A stretch of 64,000 bases of DNA from Toensbergia leucococca (taxonomy: Eukaryota). Position 1 is the first letter of the stretch, and each line of letters opens with the position of its first letter. The DNA is taken from positions 62,001 through 126,000 of the forward strand of contig JALDZS010000007.1 in NCBI GenBank assembly GCA_022813965.1, given 5' to 3'. The notes under the pieces are model-generated. The model had not been told where the DNA came from and ran no database searches. It worked only from the letters and a program-made list of their open reading frames with translations. This document shows positions 60,037 through 64,000 of the stretch, in pieces. A program made the position numbers and the translations under genes.

Positions 60037-61816
60037 CTATTTCCTCCGATTCACAACCTTGGTAACAGCATGCCTAATCACAATGCCCGCGCGCTCAATC
60101 TCCTTGCGCGACAAGCCCATCGTCACGCACACCCTCAACGCCGGCTGCGGCTCCCATCCGATATCCTTAGCCGTGGCATTGATAGCGCGGGGCATGCTCT
60201 TGAGTCTGGTGATGAGAACGCCGTTGGCTAGAGCCTGAATTGACAGTGGTCAGCTACGCTCACAGTAGGAGTGGAGATTAATAAAGGTGGTCGTGGAGTG
60301 GGCAGGGGAGGGAAACGGATACCAACCTCGTCGACGACGTCTTGCAGGATTTGGGCTTGGTCGTCGTGGGTAAGGCGTCTGCTGGCGATGAGATCTGCTT
60401 TCAACACGAGGAGCATAATGGGATTTTCAACGGAGCTAGTGCAGTGCACCCAGTCACTTCGCGGGTCCAGTTGCGCCCACATGATCTTGATATTCTCGCG
60501 CACCTGAACTAGGATATCGGAGTTTGTCTGCAGCATCACTAGCACCTCGCTGGCGGTAGTGGCCAACATGGCCGGAAGTGCGGCGGAATATGTATACGCT
60601 GCCGCCGAAATGCGCTGATGCACAACGATTTCCTCCGAACCGGCACAGAAGCCTCCGCCGGCGCAGATGGGGCCGGCGAGGGAGCCGATGATCATGTCGA
60701 CCTGGGAGGGGTCAATGTTTTGGTGTTCGGTGATGCCTCGGCCGGTGCGGCCCAGAACTCCATAGGACCATGTTTCGTCGAGGATGAGGCGGAATTTGTA
60801 GCGAAATTTCAGCTCGATCTTTTGGACTGGGGTTAGATTAGAGGTGCTCTAGGTCGTATTGAGTAAACATACGATTTTTGGCAGATCTATCATGTCCCCC
60901 ACAGACTCGAATAGACCTTCAGTGACAATGAATCTCCTTGTCAGCGGCTTCTTAGCCTGCTCTTTTACGACCTTCTCCAATACGCGTTGCATGTCCTCTA
61001 AATCATTATGCTCATACCACCTCACCGTGCTCCTCGAGATCTGTAGGCCCTTGCGAATCGCATAATTGATTGCCTTATCCGCAACGATAATATCACCCCT
61101 TTTCGAAAAAGCAGGTATAACGCTAGAAATGGTAGAGAAGGCTTGCGCGTACACGATGCAGGCTTGTGTCCCCAGGTGCGCCGCGATGTCGGCCTCGGTC
61201 TTCATGTGTACATCTTGTGTGCCGTAAAAGCCTGGTGGTCCGCAGGGACCGACTCCATACGTCCGTAGAGTCTGGATGGCTTTCTCTTTGAGCGTCTCAT
61301 TTCCAACCAGATTGTAAAAGTTGTATGATGCGAGGTTTGTGACAGTGCGGCCATTGGCAAGCCTAGACTTGGGCCCTGTAGGCCTGCGGCATTGTCAGTC
61401 CTCCAGCCAAGACAAAACGGTCGATGGGTGCCTACCCCACAATGACAGGGCGTTTCTCATTCTCAGCTTCCTCAAACGCGGTTTGCGGAGCGACCAGAGG
61501 CTCCGGGGCCCAATCTTCTACCAGCTCGTCAATCTCCTGCTGGTGGTCAGTCTCGCACGGGTAGTGGAGGAAACAGGACACGCACATCCTCCGACAGTGT
61601 GATGTAGCTTTTCTTCTGTGTCGAGTACTTGGGGGCCAAAAGATACCTCACGGCAAACAGGAAAAGAAAGAGCTCTACGGCAGAGCGCACGGGATCATCT
61701 TGGTAGCTGGACTTGACGTATCTTAGGAAGATTGCAGAGCCAGGAAGCTTTTGGAATTGAACAGACATATCGTTCAGGACATCGACAAGCCAGCTTTGAG
61801 CTTCTTGCAGATCCAT
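60037..61816 (-). CDS. LCB1: Serine palmitoyltransferase subunit 1, multi-exon (an in-frame ATG also lies at 61837)
   Basis: LPGSAIFLRYVKSSYQDDPVRS, NLASYNFY, YGVGPCGPPGFYGTQDVH, VIPAFSKRGDIIVAD, LILDETWSYGVLG, QRISAAAYTYSAALP. Confidence 0.95.
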
Positions 61817-61951
61817 TATGCCATGAACGCTTTCCATTTCCAGTAAGGGCAAATTTTGGGATTGACAGAGAGAGGAGGGAGGAGGGAGGCTCGGGAGGGT
61901 TCCTGCAGCGCACAGGGGCGAGCTCTCGCTTGGTGGCTCAAGAAAACTACA

Positions 61952-61969
61952 GTACTCCGTACGGAGTAC
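61952..61969. repeat. Perfect 18-bp palindrome GTACTCCGTACGGAGTAC upstream of LCB1
   Basis: The sequence equals its own reverse complement. Confidence 0.9.
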
Positions 61970-62463
61970 CGTCTTCATACATGATTAACCTCTCTCCTTT
62001 CTACACACTACCTATGGAACAGAGTACAAGAACAACATCCGTACTGAAGTCCTCGATTTTCTATGTACGCGAGTAAACATCTTTAATGAAGACTAAATTT
62101 GTTAGGAGATATGCCGGCTGTTCTATTTGTTTTTATCATTTACCATGTACGAGTAGACGAAGATTCTTGTTGATGCCAGCATTGAGACTTACAACAACAT
62201 CCATTAAAGAGTACGCTCTCCCGCAATACCAATTGACAAGGCCTCGCACCCGATTGAAGAGAGTAATTTCATATGCAGAGAGCACCAAACGAGCGAAGAC
62301 CGCATCTATCCCATACGCCATGATAATTTCCTAGCAAAAGAACGGGACACACAATGCAATCAATGCTAATCATTAAGTCTGCCAGTTGGGGAGACTGGTC
62401 CGTATTGTATCATTGGCGTAATTGTACAACCCTATACTGATCCGCTACATCATCGCCCCACTT

Positions 62464-64000
62464 TCAAGACGTCGTCGTTGCCTTGGCCCCATTCGCTGAA
62501 GTACCCGTGTTCGAGTTGCTTGTGTCATTGTTATTCTGACCCGTGGGTTGCAAAAGTTGCATCGGGATACTCGGTAATGTCGTGAGGAATTTACCAGCCA
62601 CTAGAGGGCCAGCGATCAATGCCACAAAGAGAATGAGCATCGTGAAATATAGGACTGCAGAGCGGAACACTCTACGTCTTCTTAATTTTGACTGCTTCAA
62701 TGAGTAGATAGGTGGTCGGATTTGACGGCTGGGAACATATTAGTCTTGCATCATTTCGAACATCATATTCAAAGTAGACGTACCTCGGTCGAAGCCAGAA
62801 CAGCATCACAGAATGAAACTTGTCGATGTATGGCATGAGGAGTAGGGGGAGCATGAGAAAGAGTAATAAGTGACCAAGCAAGAAATCGGCCGCGAACATT
62901 CCGAGCTCCGTGATCTTGCAGAGAAATTCTCGCCCAGGTTGGGAAACGGAATGCCAACCCATAGCGTACCATTTACCCGTCCACCACGCAATATTCGATG
63001 AGTCTGCCTTGAACTCACGCGTGAGAGCGAGAGCGATGATCAACTTGAAGATGAAACGTTGCAAGGCGACGACAGCAATCATACCCAAGAGAGCCCTGGT
63101 AAAGTCCCACCCCTCGAGGAAGAACATAACCTCGAAGAAAGCAATCAACATGATAACGGCTACTCCATGTGCAATGGCAGCTAGGACAGATCCAAACTTC
63201 TTGCAGCACATACTGAGGAGGGGCCCCATGCAACACGCCATGCCAAACAGACCAGCCAGAACACCGGCATTGATAGCAATCGGAGCAAAAGCAACAGCAC
63301 CGACACGAATCAATGAATTGGTGGCGGTTGGATTGGTCACACCAGTCTGTGCATTAATGAACAGATAGGGTACGATGGTAACGGCCACCAATACCAAAGG
63401 CCCGATGACTTCACTGAAGAAAATGTTGGTGAAGTGGGCGCGAGGGGCGTCACCTGAGAGCTTCGACGATGGCTCCCCGATCATTTTCCGCTTGTATCCA
63501 GTGATGCGAGTCCGCGATAACCTACAAAAGGCGATCCACGAGGAGGCATGCGACCTTGAGTTGCCGCGAGATAGCCATCTGAGGAAGTCGCGATAATCAA
63601 TGAAGAAGTCATTCCATGCGAACTGGTGAGGGTTGAAGACAAAGGGAGATATGCAGAAAGCCAGTAGGGAGGCCCAGAAGTAGAGAACCCACACACCCCA
63701 GATAGTCAGCGTGGCGAAAAGTATCATCATCAGTAAACGCGCGCCGAGGTAGATAGACGGTCCTGCAAATCTTGAGAATAGGACTCCAAATGGAATGCGA
63801 GCGGTGGCAAAGCCTCGACCAGTGCCGATGTACCGTGCGCCACCAAATGATAGATCTTGGTGGAGGGAATTGGCATATATCTGGCAAACAAAGACTTCAA
63901 AGAACGGTGACAGAGACGCGAACTGCTTCCCAAGACGAGTAGCCGCACGCCAAAATCCTCGTTCCGTAAGTTCTTGTACGACCAATGGTATGAAAGAGAT
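62464..64000 (-). CDS. FKS1: 1,3-beta-glucan synthase catalytic subunit, C-terminal part (5' beyond window); intron at about 62730-62783
   Basis: LSFGGARYIGTGRGFATARIPF, FNPHQFAWNDFFIDYRDFLRWLSRGNS, NIAWWTGKWY, HSVMLFWLRPS|RQIRPPIYSLKQSKLRRRR. Confidence 0.97.

Noticed and set aside
61838..61978. In-frame upstream extension of LCB1 from ATG 61978
   Set aside because: Runs through the palindrome and a CT-rich promoter-like tract; no targeting or domain features.
1..64000. Transposons, RIP-degraded repeats, CRISPR arrays, rRNA
   Set aside because: No transposase/RT ORFs, terminal repeats, long AT-rich tracts or spaced direct-repeat arrays seen. Most remaining short ORFs in the track are antisense or off-frame shadows of the genes listed.

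Overview
Gene-dense, intron-rich nuclear DNA from a filamentous ascomycete (Pezizomycotina; the lineage is inferred from the proteins and the short GT-AG introns with CTRAC branch sites). I can support about 32 protein genes and one intron-containing tRNA-Ser(UGA). Most are conserved housekeeping genes: ATG26 3' end, FCP1, prefoldin 3, LETM1-like, Nab3-like RRM protein, ICT1/Pth4-like, UTP6, CWH43, WSC sensor, CHO1, RSA3, HNT1, CSR1-like, DAM1, UBP8, RBD2, EFM5, YTP1-like, GAA1, RPN9, NDUFA9, DNAJC3-like, HAUS1-like, an MFS transporter, kinesin-10, AIM24, ATM1, LCB1 and the FKS1 3' end. I see no transposon, CRISPR array or secondary-metabolite cluster. The most notable oddities are: (i) an uncharacterised secreted pre-pro-protein ending in an Avr9-like cystine-knot peptide, (ii) abrupt C-rich to G-rich strand-composition switches inside several genes, (iii) a recurring intergenic TACGGAGTA motif with perfect palindromes, (iv) two convergent genes sharing a TTAA as both stop codons, (v) a possible mitochondria-anchored isoform of the Sec14 protein, (vi) a readthrough-type stop context in EFM5, and (vii) a lone intronless non-RD kinase. 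Gene names come from recognising motifs by eye, and exon boundaries are manual predictions.
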